Origin: Opitutus sp. GAS368 | Lineage (GTDB): Bacteria > Verrucomicrobiota > Verrucomicrobiia > Opitutales > Opitutaceae | Assembly (NCBI GenBank): GCA_945861645.1 | Contig: CAMAVZ010000002.1 | Coordinates: 1 to 64,000 of the forward strand | Direction of reading: 5' to 3' | DNA: 64,000 nt | Shown here: piece by piece, positions 54,145 to 62,793 of the stretch | Numbering within the stretch: the first letter of the stretch is position 1 | Layout: each line of letters opens with the position of its first letter | Made by a program: the position numbers and the translations under genes | The notes under the pieces: generated by a model | What the model was told of the DNA's origin: nothing | What the model saw: the letters and a program-made list of their open reading frames with translations, nothing else | Database searches by the model: none

Positions 54145-54861
54145 TTAGAGATCCCCGAGTTGGGGCCGGAGCACAATTTCTTCGACGACGGTCCGTGGAC
54201 CGAGGCTGTAAATATCGTAAACCGCCCGCGCAATATCCGCCGCTGGCATGATTCGTTCCTTTTTAATGCCACTCCCCGACCATGAAGGCGACCACGTCGC
54301 TCCGGGGTGAAGGCAGCAGACCCGGATCCCGCGATTTTTAGTCTCCGCGCGTAGTACCTGCGCTAGGCCCGTTACCCCAAACTTCGCCGCGCAATAAGCA
54401 GCGGCGTTAGGATAAGCCCCGCGCCCCGCGATTGAGCTCATAAAAAAAATACTGCCGCGCTTTCGCTGGAGCATGGCCGGCAAGAAGGCCTGCGTAACTA
54501 AAAATGGGCTGCGAAGATTAACCGCAATCTGACGATCAAACGCTGCAACTGTAGTTTTTACAAAGGGCGCCATCGTAAAGGCACCCGCATTATTGATCAG
54601 CGCATCAAGGGGACCAAAATGTTTGTGCACCGCCCGCGCCATCGCGGTGACCGCGCCCTCATCCGTTACATCACAAGGGAAAATCTCGACCGTGGCTCCT
54701 GCTTGCAGACAAGCGCGCGCGGCCCGCTGAAGATTTTTTTCGCGGCGCGCCACTAAAGCCAAACGTACCCCAGGAATTTGCCCGGCGAAGACGTGGGCAA
54801 TGGCGGCGCCAATGCCCTGAGAGGCGCCCGTGATGAGGATGAGGGGAGGCTTAGAGGCCAT
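54145..54861 (-). CDS. SDR oxidoreductase, probable sepiapterin-reductase-like enzyme
   Basis: TGASQGIG, NNAG, S..YCAAK; C-terminal RTVVEEIVLRP.GDL; downstream of PTPS and folE2. Confidence 0.8.
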   Translation of the reverse strand: MASKPPLILITGASQGIGAAIAHVFAGQIPGVRLALVARREKNLQRAARACLQAGATVEIFPCDVTDEGAVTAMARAVHKHFGPLDALINNAGAFTMAPFVKTTVAAFDRQIAVNLRSPFLVTQAFLPAMLQRKRGSIFFMSSIAGRGAYPNAAAYCAAKFGVTGLAQVLRAETKNRGIRVCCLHPGATWSPSWSGSGIKKERIMPAADIARAVYDIYSLGPRTVVEEIVLRPQLGDL

Positions 54862-54867
54862 AGGATC

Positions 54868-54909
54868 GGTAATTGGTTGGGGGTTATTGGTTATCGGTTA
54901 TGGGTAAAT
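54868..54909. repeat. Six imperfect tandem heptamers
   Basis: GGTAATT GGTTGGG GGTTATT GGTTATC GGTTATG GGTAAAT. Confidence 0.75.
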
Positions 54910-55087
54910 TCAACTTAAAACCTTCATTACGCGGGCGGGAGAGATAGTTCTTAGTTTTATGGTTTAAGCTCGGACCCTGCGCACAGCTTCGGGCTTTTTG
55001 GGGCTGATCCCGCTATGAAATTAAGGCTCAAGGGCGATGACCAGTGGATCAGCCTAGGACCTCTCACCCATGACCGAGCACCTTCCT

Positions 55088-56059
55088 TCAGCACACCAAG
55101 GCGCCGAAGTCCATGAAGTCAGCGGTGAACCCACCTTTGACCCCTTTGCAGATCACGCTGACCGCATCGTGAGAATGCAGCGACTCGAGATGGGAACAAG
55201 CTATGCGGAAATCCTTAATCCGGCGATCGGCATCAAAGGCTTGATAAAGTAAGCGGGCGGCATCTTCGACAAATTTGAGGTTCGCCCCATTCAACTCCGC
55301 AAAGGCCTGCTCATCTTCTCGCTTCACCATCACCTGGGTTTCCGTCTGCAAGGCAGCCAAACAAAGCGCATGCACATCCTCGAGCCAGATTTTTTTTCCG
55401 TCGCTCTCTTCTAATGTAATCCGAGCCTTACTGCGCTGAGAATGCGACACGCCGTACGCACCTCGTTGGTCGCGGGCGTGCTCCGTTAATTCGGCCGAGC
55501 AGGGACACGCAGATGAATAAACAAAATCAAAATGAATGAAGCGACGATAGCGACCATCGCGGGTCACCACCCCCTCAAAGGCCACCGCATAAAACTGAAA
55601 ACCGGCCAGACCGCTGCGCAAGCTGTCGCGCACCATCGGATAGGAGAAAGCAATTTTTAGCCGTGCATCCTTGCTCGCGACCGTGTGCAGATAACTTTTT
55701 AAAATTTTACCCATCCACTCGCCCGTCGTAACGGCATCTTTATGTTCATAAAAAGAACGCATGATACGGCCCATATTGATACCCTTGAGCTCAGCCTCGA
55801 GCGAGACCGTGCCGGTCACACTGGTTTCTAACGTGAGAATCTTGCCGGCTTTAGTGCGATACTTAAGGGGCAACTTGAAGTTATGAATCCCGACCTGTTG
55901 AATGGGCACATTGGCGCCCTGAATGGCCTCATGCGCCACCTCCATCATGTCGGGCATACTTGCGCGATAGGCGGCTGAGGCGCGGAATTTCTGATCATAC
56001 TTTGACTTAACTAAGGGCGGCTGCCCGCTGCTCGAGCGGTGAAGATACATCTGTTTCAT
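55088..56059 (-). CDS. folE2: GTP cyclohydrolase type IB (FolE2)
   Basis: [53 protein letters not shown]. Confidence 0.93.
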   Translation of the reverse strand: MKQMYLHRSSSGQPPLVKSKYDQKFRASAAYRASMPDMMEVAHEAIQGANVPIQQVGIHNFKLPLKYRTKAGKILTLETSVTGTVSLEAELKGINMGRIMRSFYEHKDAVTTGEWMGKILKSYLHTVASKDARLKIAFSYPMVRDSLRSGLAGFQFYAVAFEGVVTRDGRYRRFIHFDFVYSSACPCSAELTEHARDQRGAYGVSHSQRSKARITLEESDGKKIWLEDVHALCLAALQTETQVMVKREDEQAFAELNGANLKFVEDAARLLYQAFDADRRIKDFRIACSHLESLHSHDAVSVICKGVKGGFTADFMDFGALVC

Positions 56060-56118
56060 GGAGAACGGGTCGTTTTTGGTTGGTAGGCCCGCGGGTGACG
56101 TTAACCGCGGTAAATTAA

Positions 56119-56595
56119 TTATTGCGGGTCGGGTCCGAAATACTCGGCAAAATTGCGCGGCGTCTCGTATAAACGCACGCAGTGTAATTGCCCGCTCGTG
56201 ATGTGCGGGGCAATCTCCTGCCAGAAGGCGATGACCAGATTTTCGGTGGAAGGATTTACCCCGCGTAGAAAATCTACCTCTTCGTTGAGGTTGCGATGAT
56301 CACATTTGTCGACGACCGCGCTCATGATAATCTGCTTTAACTTACCTAAATCCATAAGGTACCCCGTTTCTGGGTCGGGCACACCGCGCAGGGTTACCTC
56401 GAGCACATAATTGTGGCCATGCCAGTGGGGATTAGTGCAAAGCCCATAGTGCGAATCATTCCACGCCTGACTCTTACTGGGATTATGCAGGCGGTGCGCC
56501 GAATTAAAATGAACCTGCCGCGTAATATAAACGTTCCCCGCCCGCCCGCGGGTGGGAGCAGCAGATGATGCATGAGGGGAGGCCGATGACGACAT
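56119..56595 (-). CDS. 6-pyruvoyl-tetrahydropterin synthase family protein (PTPS-II-type motif)
   Basis: [18 protein letters not shown] (C-x5-HGH), DHRNLN, STEN, LYET; ATG 56595. Confidence 0.88.
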   Translation of the reverse strand: MSSSASPHASSAAPTRGRAGNVYITRQVHFNSAHRLHNPSKSQAWNDSHYGLCTNPHWHGHNYVLEVTLRGVPDPETGYLMDLGKLKQIIMSAVVDKCDHRNLNEEVDFLRGVNPSTENLVIAFWQEIAPHITSGQLHCVRLYETPRNFAEYFGPDPQ

Positions 56596-56705
56596 GAGGA
56601 GCAAGCGAAGTCAGATTTTCCTTGGCGTCAACCTCCACGACCCAGCGAGCTATCCGTTAAAATAACGATTGCACGACTTACGCTGGACCCTGTTCATCCC
56701 CCTGC

Positions 56706-57503
56706 ATGGCGATGCGCTTTAGTATTTTAGGCAGCGGGAGTAGCGGGAATGCTGCCTTCCTGCAGACCGATAACACGCGCGTCTTGATTGACGCTGGCTT
56801 CTCGGCGAAACGGTTGGCGGGTATGCTCGAAAGCTTGGGAGAAAAAATCGAATCGATTGATGCGATCCTGTTAACGCACGAGCATAGTGATCATGCCGCT
56901 GGGCTGAAGGGGCTGGCCCGCTATCCGCAGATTAAAGTTTTTGCTAATCGCGCCACCGCGACCAAAGCCCAAACAGGACTCAAGCATCGCATACCCTGGC
57001 AGCTTTTTGAAACGGGGAGCACCTTTCAGTTTCGTGATTTAGAAATTAGCAGCTTCGCCGTGCCGCACGATGCACAGGAGCCGGTGGGATTTTTTATCGC
57101 GCACGGTGAAAATGATCTGCTCTCGCCGCGCCGCAGTTTGGCTTGGCTCACCGATCTGGGCCATGCCCCAGTACACGTGCGGGAACGCATTCGGGCAGCG
57201 GATGTGTTGGTGGTTGAAGCTAATCACTGTGCACAAATGCTTGAGGCTGACACCAAACGCCCCTGGAGCACCAAACAGCGGATCAGCGGGCGACATGGCC
57301 ATCTCTCCAATGCCGCCGCGCGCGAGTTGCTTGAATCCGTCACGGAGTCCCGCTGGCGCCAAGTTTTCTTCGCCCACCTCAGCCAAGATTGCAATTCCCC
57401 TGCGGCGGTGGCGACCGCCTGCGGCCCCGTACTCACGGCCCGCGGCTGCAGTTTTTCGGTCGTCGCCGCCGGCGCCAGCACCCCTTTCTACGAATTCGCT
57501 TAG
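56706..57503 (+). CDS. MBL-fold hydrolase, YycJ/WalJ-like
   Basis: LGSGSSGN, THEHSDH, PHDA, TDLG, EANH, GHLSN, AHLS..CN. Confidence 0.88.
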   Translation: MAMRFSILGSGSSGNAAFLQTDNTRVLIDAGFSAKRLAGMLESLGEKIESIDAILLTHEHSDHAAGLKGLARYPQIKVFANRATATKAQTGLKHRIPWQLFETGSTFQFRDLEISSFAVPHDAQEPVGFFIAHGENDLLSPRRSLAWLTDLGHAPVHVRERIRAADVLVVEANHCAQMLEADTKRPWSTKQRISGRHGHLSNAAARELLESVTESRWRQVFFAHLSQDCNSPAAVATACGPVLTARGCSFSVVAAGASTPFYEFA

Positions 57504-57549
57504 AGCCGGCTCCACTCGGCCACGCGGCAGCGGTAATTAAACGCAGGGC

Positions 57550-59013
57550 TTACTTCGTGGCGGGCTGCTCGTGTTCGGCGATATATTTTCGCGTCGCATC
57601 GGGCAACTCATGCCAAATACGCCAAGCAATCACACTGCCAAGTAGGGCAAAGGGCATTAGAAAAATGGGCCACCACTGCCAGCTGTAACCGGAGAGATAG
57701 CCCACGCTGATTGATTGTACGCTGCTCCCCAGATAAACACAGCCGTCCAAAATACCGGAGCAGGTCGCCGTCGCTTTGCGGCCACCAAAATCGGCCGCCG
57801 CCGTGCCGGACATTAACGAATGGACGCCGGTCACAGCCCCGACGATGAGCAGGGCGGAGACGCCGACCACCAGCGGATGGGAAAAAATCGTCATCGCCAT
57901 CACCGCCGCCATTAAAAACATAAAGAGGCTAAACATCGCCGCCGGGGGGCCACGCCGCGATTGGAATAATTTGTCAGAGATCAATCCGCCGGCGAAGGCG
58001 CCGACGATGCCGAAGATGCACAAGAGCAAGCCCCAGTTGGCGAGAATGCCTTCCGCCCCCACCTGCTTCACATCGTGGGCAAAAACTGAATACCATTGCA
58101 TGATCCCGTTGCGCAGCACCCCCGAGGTGAGCTCCACCCCCGCAAACATCAGCATGAGGGGATTACAGAAAACTTTCTTCAGCAAATCGCGGGTCGAATA
58201 TTCCTCATGCATGTGACCAGACGAGGCATCGTGCGTGTCGAGATGCGGAAAACCCGCTTCCTCCGGAGTATCTTTAATGAGCCAAAAATCCAAGACCACC
58301 CAGATAAGTAAGATGGCGGCAGGAATGAAAAATACGGCCCACGTGGCATCGACGCCCAAGCCCGTCGGCATAAACAAACGGCGAATCAGGACCGGCAACC
58401 AATGATCGGTCGCGAGCGCATTGACCTGGGTCATTTTAATAATTGCCGCGCCCCAATCGAAGGCGAAATAAACGCCGAAGGATATGAGCGTGCCAAAAAT
58501 CGCCCCGAACAAACCGCGCTCCCGTACATGAAACCAGTTGGCTTTGACCTTAATAATGGAGACCGCGCCGTAGCTTTGAAAATACATATTGAGGGCGTAA
58601 AGGACGGAGAACACTCCCACTAACCGCATCTGCAATCGACCGGTCACCACCAGCCAAGTGACCACCCCAAGCCCCAGGTTCGCCAGGGAAGCACCCAACG
58701 CGGCAATAATTATTCCTTTCTTTCCGCCAATTTTATCCACCAGCGGTCCGTTCACGAGAAATGACAGGGCATAAGTTCCCGTGCCGGCCGCAAAGATTAG
58801 CCCAAATTCCTCATTCGTCATCAGGCTGCCGAGCGCCGTTTTTGCCACCGTTAAATTATAGCGCCCCATGTAGAGAAACGCATACGTCATCCCGAGAGGG
58901 AACCAATTGATGAAGCGACGGCTTAAAAACCACGGGCCATGCTTGAGCGGATTATTATAAAAATAAATTCCGATGACAATCAGCAGACAGAAACCGACGA
59001 GGCCGAGATCCAT
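57550..59013 (-). CDS. MFS transporter, organophosphate:Pi antiporter (GlpT/UhpT/PgtP-like) family
   Basis: YAFLYMGRYN, WFHVRERG, DTPEEAG, ISDKLFQSRRGP, ATCSGILDG..YLG; ATG 59013. Confidence 0.82.
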   Translation of the reverse strand: MDLGLVGFCLLIVIGIYFYNNPLKHGPWFLSRRFINWFPLGMTYAFLYMGRYNLTVAKTALGSLMTNEEFGLIFAAGTGTYALSFLVNGPLVDKIGGKKGIIIAALGASLANLGLGVVTWLVVTGRLQMRLVGVFSVLYALNMYFQSYGAVSIIKVKANWFHVRERGLFGAIFGTLISFGVYFAFDWGAAIIKMTQVNALATDHWLPVLIRRLFMPTGLGVDATWAVFFIPAAILLIWVVLDFWLIKDTPEEAGFPHLDTHDASSGHMHEEYSTRDLLKKVFCNPLMLMFAGVELTSGVLRNGIMQWYSVFAHDVKQVGAEGILANWGLLLCIFGIVGAFAGGLISDKLFQSRRGPPAAMFSLFMFLMAAVMAMTIFSHPLVVGVSALLIVGAVTGVHSLMSGTAAADFGGRKATATCSGILDGCVYLGSSVQSISVGYLSGYSWQWWPIFLMPFALLGSVIAWRIWHELPDATRKYIAEHEQPATK

Positions 59014-59311
59014 AAAACTGGGTGGGGGGTGGGAAGAGCGGTTAAGTAGCCGCAATGAAAAGTATTATCCGCTAAAACTAAAGCGCGCGCCAAACAACGC
59101 ACGCCGAAAATCTCGGCCGCCGGTAAATTGATTGGTCGCCACCTGATTGTAACCAAGCGACGGCTAGGTCTGACCCGCCAGCTATCGACGCGACGCTCAG
59201 CAAGTTAAAACCGACGAGACCGCCGCCGCCCTGACTGGATCCACAGACCCTCGGCAGGCCGAGGGGAATAGGCTTTGCTGACTGGCGTGATAGCTGCTTA
59301 ATCCTCTGCCG

Positions 59312-60757
59312 ATGTCTTCCACCACTTCCCTGCGGCGCACCAAAATTATTGCCACCCTGGGGCCGGCCACGGAAAGCGAGGCCATGCTGGTAAAACTCAT
59401 CACCGCAGGCGTCGACGTCGTTCGGCTGAATATGGCGCACGCTAAGCATGACTGGACGCGCCTAATCATTCGCCGCATTCGCGTCGCGGCCCAGCAAGCT
59501 GGACGCGAAGTAGCCATCATGATGGACATTAAAGGTCCCGAAATCCGGACCGGCGATTTAGCGGTACCGCTCGAGCTGCGCGTTGGAGAAATTTTTGACT
59601 TCACCGTCAAACCCGGAGCCGAACGCGCTAGCGGCGAAGAAATCCGCTCCGTCGATGTGAATTATCGCGACCTCGTTAATGACATCAAAATTGGTGATAC
59701 CGTCCTCGTTGATAGCGGTCTCATCCGCCTCGAGGTCCTCACCAAAGATCAGGCACACATTCGCTGCCGCGTGCTCACGCCGGGTTCGCTGACATCGCGC
59801 CGCCACATCAATCTGCCAGGCGTGCATGTTAATCTCCCCTCTTTCACGGAGAAAGATAAGGCGGACACGATCGTCGGCATTGAAGAGGGGGTCGACTTTA
59901 TCGCGCTATCGTTTGTGCGCGAAGCCTCCGACATTGAAAAACTCCGGCTTTTTTTGCAGGAGAGAAATTCCCCCGCGCGCATTGTCGCTAAAATCGAGGA
60001 TCAGTCCGCCATCGATAACCTCGATGACATCATCCGAGCGACCGACGTCTTGATGGTCGCCCGCGGCGATCTGGGCATTGAAGTGCCGCTGCAAGAGCTG
60101 CCGGTGATTCAGCGCCGCGCCGTCCGCACCTGTTTAGCGATCGGCCGACCTGTCATTATTGCCACCCACATGCTGGAATCAATGATCACCCAGCCGATGC
60201 CCAACCGCGCGGAAATTACGGATGTAGCGAACGCGGTTTATGAGCAGGCCGACTGCGTCATGCTCTCAGGGGAAACGACCATCGGGCAATATCCGCTCGA
60301 GTGCGTGCGGATTCTCGACACCATCGCGCGCCGGATTGAGGCGGAGCAGACAACAGATATCCTCGAGCCCGCCGTGTTTATCGGGGAGCGCATGAAGGTA
60401 TTTCGTGCCGCCGTCGTGCTGGCCAACGAAATTCCGCGATCACTGATTGTCGTATTTACGCGGCATGGCACCAATGCCGCTGGCCTCGCCGCCCACCGAC
60501 CACCGCATGCACCTATTCTCGCCATCACTGACTGCGTGGAAACGATGCGTCATTTGCGCATCGTCCGAGCCGTAGAGCCTTTTTTACTCACGCCCTTCAG
60601 CAATCCCGAAGCCACGATCGAACGAGCGATCGCCTCCCTACTAAAATTGGGCCGCATTCGCGAGGGCGACAAATTGATCATTGTTTCCGATATCCAGACG
60701 AAAGATCGGCGCATTGATAGTATTCAACTACGCGAAGTTTTTGCTTCGACTCTGTAA
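59312..60757 (+). CDS. pyk: Pyruvate kinase
   Basis: RRTKIIATLGPA, RLNMAH, DIKGPEIR, AKIE, MVARGDLG, MLSGET. Confidence 0.98.
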   Translation: MSSTTSLRRTKIIATLGPATESEAMLVKLITAGVDVVRLNMAHAKHDWTRLIIRRIRVAAQQAGREVAIMMDIKGPEIRTGDLAVPLELRVGEIFDFTVKPGAERASGEEIRSVDVNYRDLVNDIKIGDTVLVDSGLIRLEVLTKDQAHIRCRVLTPGSLTSRRHINLPGVHVNLPSFTEKDKADTIVGIEEGVDFIALSFVREASDIEKLRLFLQERNSPARIVAKIEDQSAIDNLDDIIRATDVLMVARGDLGIEVPLQELPVIQRRAVRTCLAIGRPVIIATHMLESMITQPMPNRAEITDVANAVYEQADCVMLSGETTIGQYPLECVRILDTIARRIEAEQTTDILEPAVFIGERMKVFRAAVVLANEIPRSLIVVFTRHGTNAAGLAAHRPPHAPILAITDCVETMRHLRIVRAVEPFLLTPFSNPEATIERAIASLLKLGRIREGDKLIIVSDIQTKDRRIDSIQLREVFASTL

Positions 60758-60806
60758 ATTAATTATTGCTCGGCATAATAATTATAAAAAATACCCGCAA
60801 AAACTG

Positions 60807-60844
60807 CTTCAGGCCTCGCCGGCAAGCGACCTGAAGATCTTTTC
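60807..60844 (+). terminator. Probable terminator between convergent pyk and ECF sigma genes
   Basis: CTTCAGG-CC-TCGC-CGGCAA-GCGA-CCTGAAG then ATCTTTTT. Confidence 0.5.
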
Positions 60845-60853
60845 CACAGCCAC

Positions 60854-61435
60854 TTAGTCGGCAGAAAATAAAGTGCGCTTGAGCAGTTGCCGCGCACGAT
60901 AGAGGCGATTCTCCACTGCTTTCGGGGTGCAGTCCAAGGCTGCGGCAATCTCGGCGGTAGTTTGCTCCTCATATTCGAAAAGAATGAGCGCGGTGCGCAA
61001 GTCGAGCGGCAGCGCCGCCACCGCTTGTTGCACGGCTAGAATTTGCTCCTGCCGTAACGCGCTCTGCGCCGCGGAACCCCCTGAACGGGATTCATCGGCG
61101 ATTTCCCCGCCGGCCTCAATCCACGCATCGAGGGAATGCACCGGGTGACGCTGCCACCAACGCAAACGATTCTTAGCTAAATTAGCCGTAATCGCGTAAC
61201 ACCAAGTGGAAAATTTTGCGCCCGGCCGATAATGAGTGCGCTTAGTAAAAATCCGGCAAAAAACTTCCTGCGCGAGATTCTCCGCTTCCGTCGCATTACC
61301 GAGTAGCCTAAAAATAAAACGCTTCACGGGCATCTCCCACCGCTCCATCAGCGCCGCCAAAGCCGCTTCTTCTCCACCCTGTAAGCGGCGCATCAACTCT
61401 TCATCGCTGGCGCCAGTAGCTAGATCAGCAGCCAT
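60854..61435 (-). CDS. ECF RNA polymerase sigma factor
   Basis: SDEELM, AENLAQEVF, FSTWCYAITAN, LP..LR, EIAAAL..VENRLYRAR. Confidence 0.93.
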   Translation of the reverse strand: MAADLATGASDEELMRRLQGGEEAALAALMERWEMPVKRFIFRLLGNATEAENLAQEVFCRIFTKRTHYRPGAKFSTWCYAITANLAKNRLRWWQRHPVHSLDAWIEAGGEIADESRSGGSAAQSALRQEQILAVQQAVAALPLDLRTALILFEYEEQTTAEIAAALDCTPKAVENRLYRARQLLKRTLFSAD

Positions 61436-61438
61436 GAT

Positions 61439-61915
61439 TCAATGCGTATGATTCATCTGCAAATTGGGCGCCGTCGCATGATCAAAAGCGGCAATTTTCG
61501 GCAACATCAGCGCCAGATAGCGGCGGCCATCTTCGGCGGCCATCAGCGCGGCCACTTTTTGTACATGAACCGTAAGCGCTTGTTCGCAAATTGAGCGTAA
61601 TTCTTTGACGGCCAACTCGGCGGCAGCTCGGGGCCCCGGCGAACTGGTCTTAGCCGTCAGCGCATCGCGCACTTTAGTCGCCTCTTGAATTAACCGGCAG
61701 TGCTCAACGCAGCTACCGGCGTAAGCTTGGTGCACGACTTGAATCGCAGCAAACTGCTGATCGGTGAGATGGAAATCTTGCCGCAGCCAATGCCAAGCGT
61801 CTCCCTTTTCAGCCGCAGCATGCAGTGCTGAGTCACAGCTCAGGCGATAACAAACAAAACCAAAAATCGCTGCGCCCAGCACAATCAAAGCTAAGGTGCT
61901 GACTAAATATTTCAT
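61439..61915 (-). CDS. Membrane-anchored periplasmic helical metal-sensor protein (CnrX-like)
   Basis: N-terminal TM, WLRQDFHLTDQQ, H...CVEHC, C....H; 3 bp before the sigma gene. Confidence 0.65.
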   Translation of the reverse strand: MKYLVSTLALIVLGAAIFGFVCYRLSCDSALHAAAEKGDAWHWLRQDFHLTDQQFAAIQVVHQAYAGSCVEHCRLIQEATKVRDALTAKTSSPGPRAAAELAVKELRSICEQALTVHVQKVAALMAAEDGRRYLALMLPKIAAFDHATAPNLQMNHTH

Positions 61916-62223
61916 GGCTGGATCGACAACAGCCCAGCCTGCACTCGAGGGTCGAGCTCTACTAAATAGGTGCTGACCAACACCTCACGATCCATGCGCG
62001 CACGGATGACGGCCGCAGTTCGACCGGTGTAGGCCGCGATCCCGCAGGCCGCGATAGCTGTGAACAGCCAAACCACCGCATGGGGCCGCAAATAATCTGC
62101 CCAGGTATCGTGAGCTGATCGCCGCAGGCGCGCCCAAACCTGCGGCCGAAAGGCTGAATCCGCAGGTGGACTCACCCGCCAAGCACGCAAACGCTCGGTT
62201 AAGCTATCAGGGGGAATAGTCAT
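61912..62223 (-). CDS. Small single-pass membrane protein, probable anti-sigma factor (CnrY-like)
   Basis: L..RLRAW.V.PP...F...VWAR N-terminus, central TM, C-terminal Y..ELDP; ATGA overlap with the sensor gene. Confidence 0.6.
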   Translation of the reverse strand: MTIPPDSLTERLRAWRVSPPADSAFRPQVWARLRRSAHDTWADYLRPHAVVWLFTAIAACGIAAYTGRTAAVIRARMDREVLVSTYLVELDPRVQAGLLSIQP

Positions 62224-62235
62224 AGAGAGTTGTAC

Positions 62236-62266
62236 TTAATACACCGCGACCGGACAAATCACTCAC
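62236..62266 (-). promoter_or_regulatory. Probable ECF promoter for the anti-sigma/sensor/sigma operon
   Basis: GTGAGTGATTTGTCCGGTCGCGGTGTATTAA, sharing both boxes and spacing with the opposite-strand copy. Confidence 0.7.
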
Positions 62267-62281
62267 GAGCACTAAAATATT

Positions 62282-62312
62282 CCGAGGGATTTATGCCTCA
62301 GTGGTGTATTAA
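62282..62312 (+). promoter_or_regulatory. Probable ECF promoter for the metal-efflux genes
   Basis: CCGAGGGATTTATGCCTCAGTGGTGTATTAA. Confidence 0.7.
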
Positions 62313-62368
62313 TCAATGACGCTCGTCTCATCTTTTGTCCAATGCTCAAATTAACCTATCCCGCTATC

Positions 62369-62701
62369 ATGAAAAACATCCGCCCGCTCTTTGCTATTTT
62401 ATTTACGCTCGGCGCCGCCCTGAGCTTTGCCGAAACGAAAGCACCCTCGCCGAATGCCCCCCTAGCGCCCTCGGCGACGTGGCTAGCCCAAGCCCAAAGC
62501 CAGTATCCGCTAAAGACCTGCGTCGTATCGGCAGAAGAGATCGGTGGGGCGATGGGCCCGGGCATCGACTATGTTTATCAACAAGCGGGCCAACCCGATC
62601 GGCTGGTGCGCTTCTGCTGCAAACATTGCCAGCAGGATTTCGATCAAGCACCCGTCAAGTATCTCAAGCTCATCGACGACGCCGCCGCTAAGGCAAAATA
62701 A
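62369..62701 (+). CDS. Exported YHS/TRASH-like Cys-rich metal-binding protein
   Basis: Signal peptide, YPLKTCVVS.E.IG..MG, VRFCCKHC...F...P.KY; ATG 62369. Confidence 0.72.
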   Translation: MKNIRPLFAILFTLGAALSFAETKAPSPNAPLAPSATWLAQAQSQYPLKTCVVSAEEIGGAMGPGIDYVYQQAGQPDRLVRFCCKHCQQDFDQAPVKYLKLIDDAAAKAK

Positions 62702-62793
62702 CCTTCCACGCGCCCTGGCCTGGCTCGTCACGGCGCCGCCATAAGGGCCCGCTTCTTTCCCTCAAAAAACCACCCCCAGACACCCCCGACCCA

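Noticed and set aside
54868-54909. Possible CRISPR array
   Set aside because: Units are 7 bp with no spacers, and there are no cas genes
56119-56595. Calling the PTPS-family gene queD
   Set aside because: Motif is C-x5-HGH rather than C-x3-HGH, and no queC, queE or queF lies nearby
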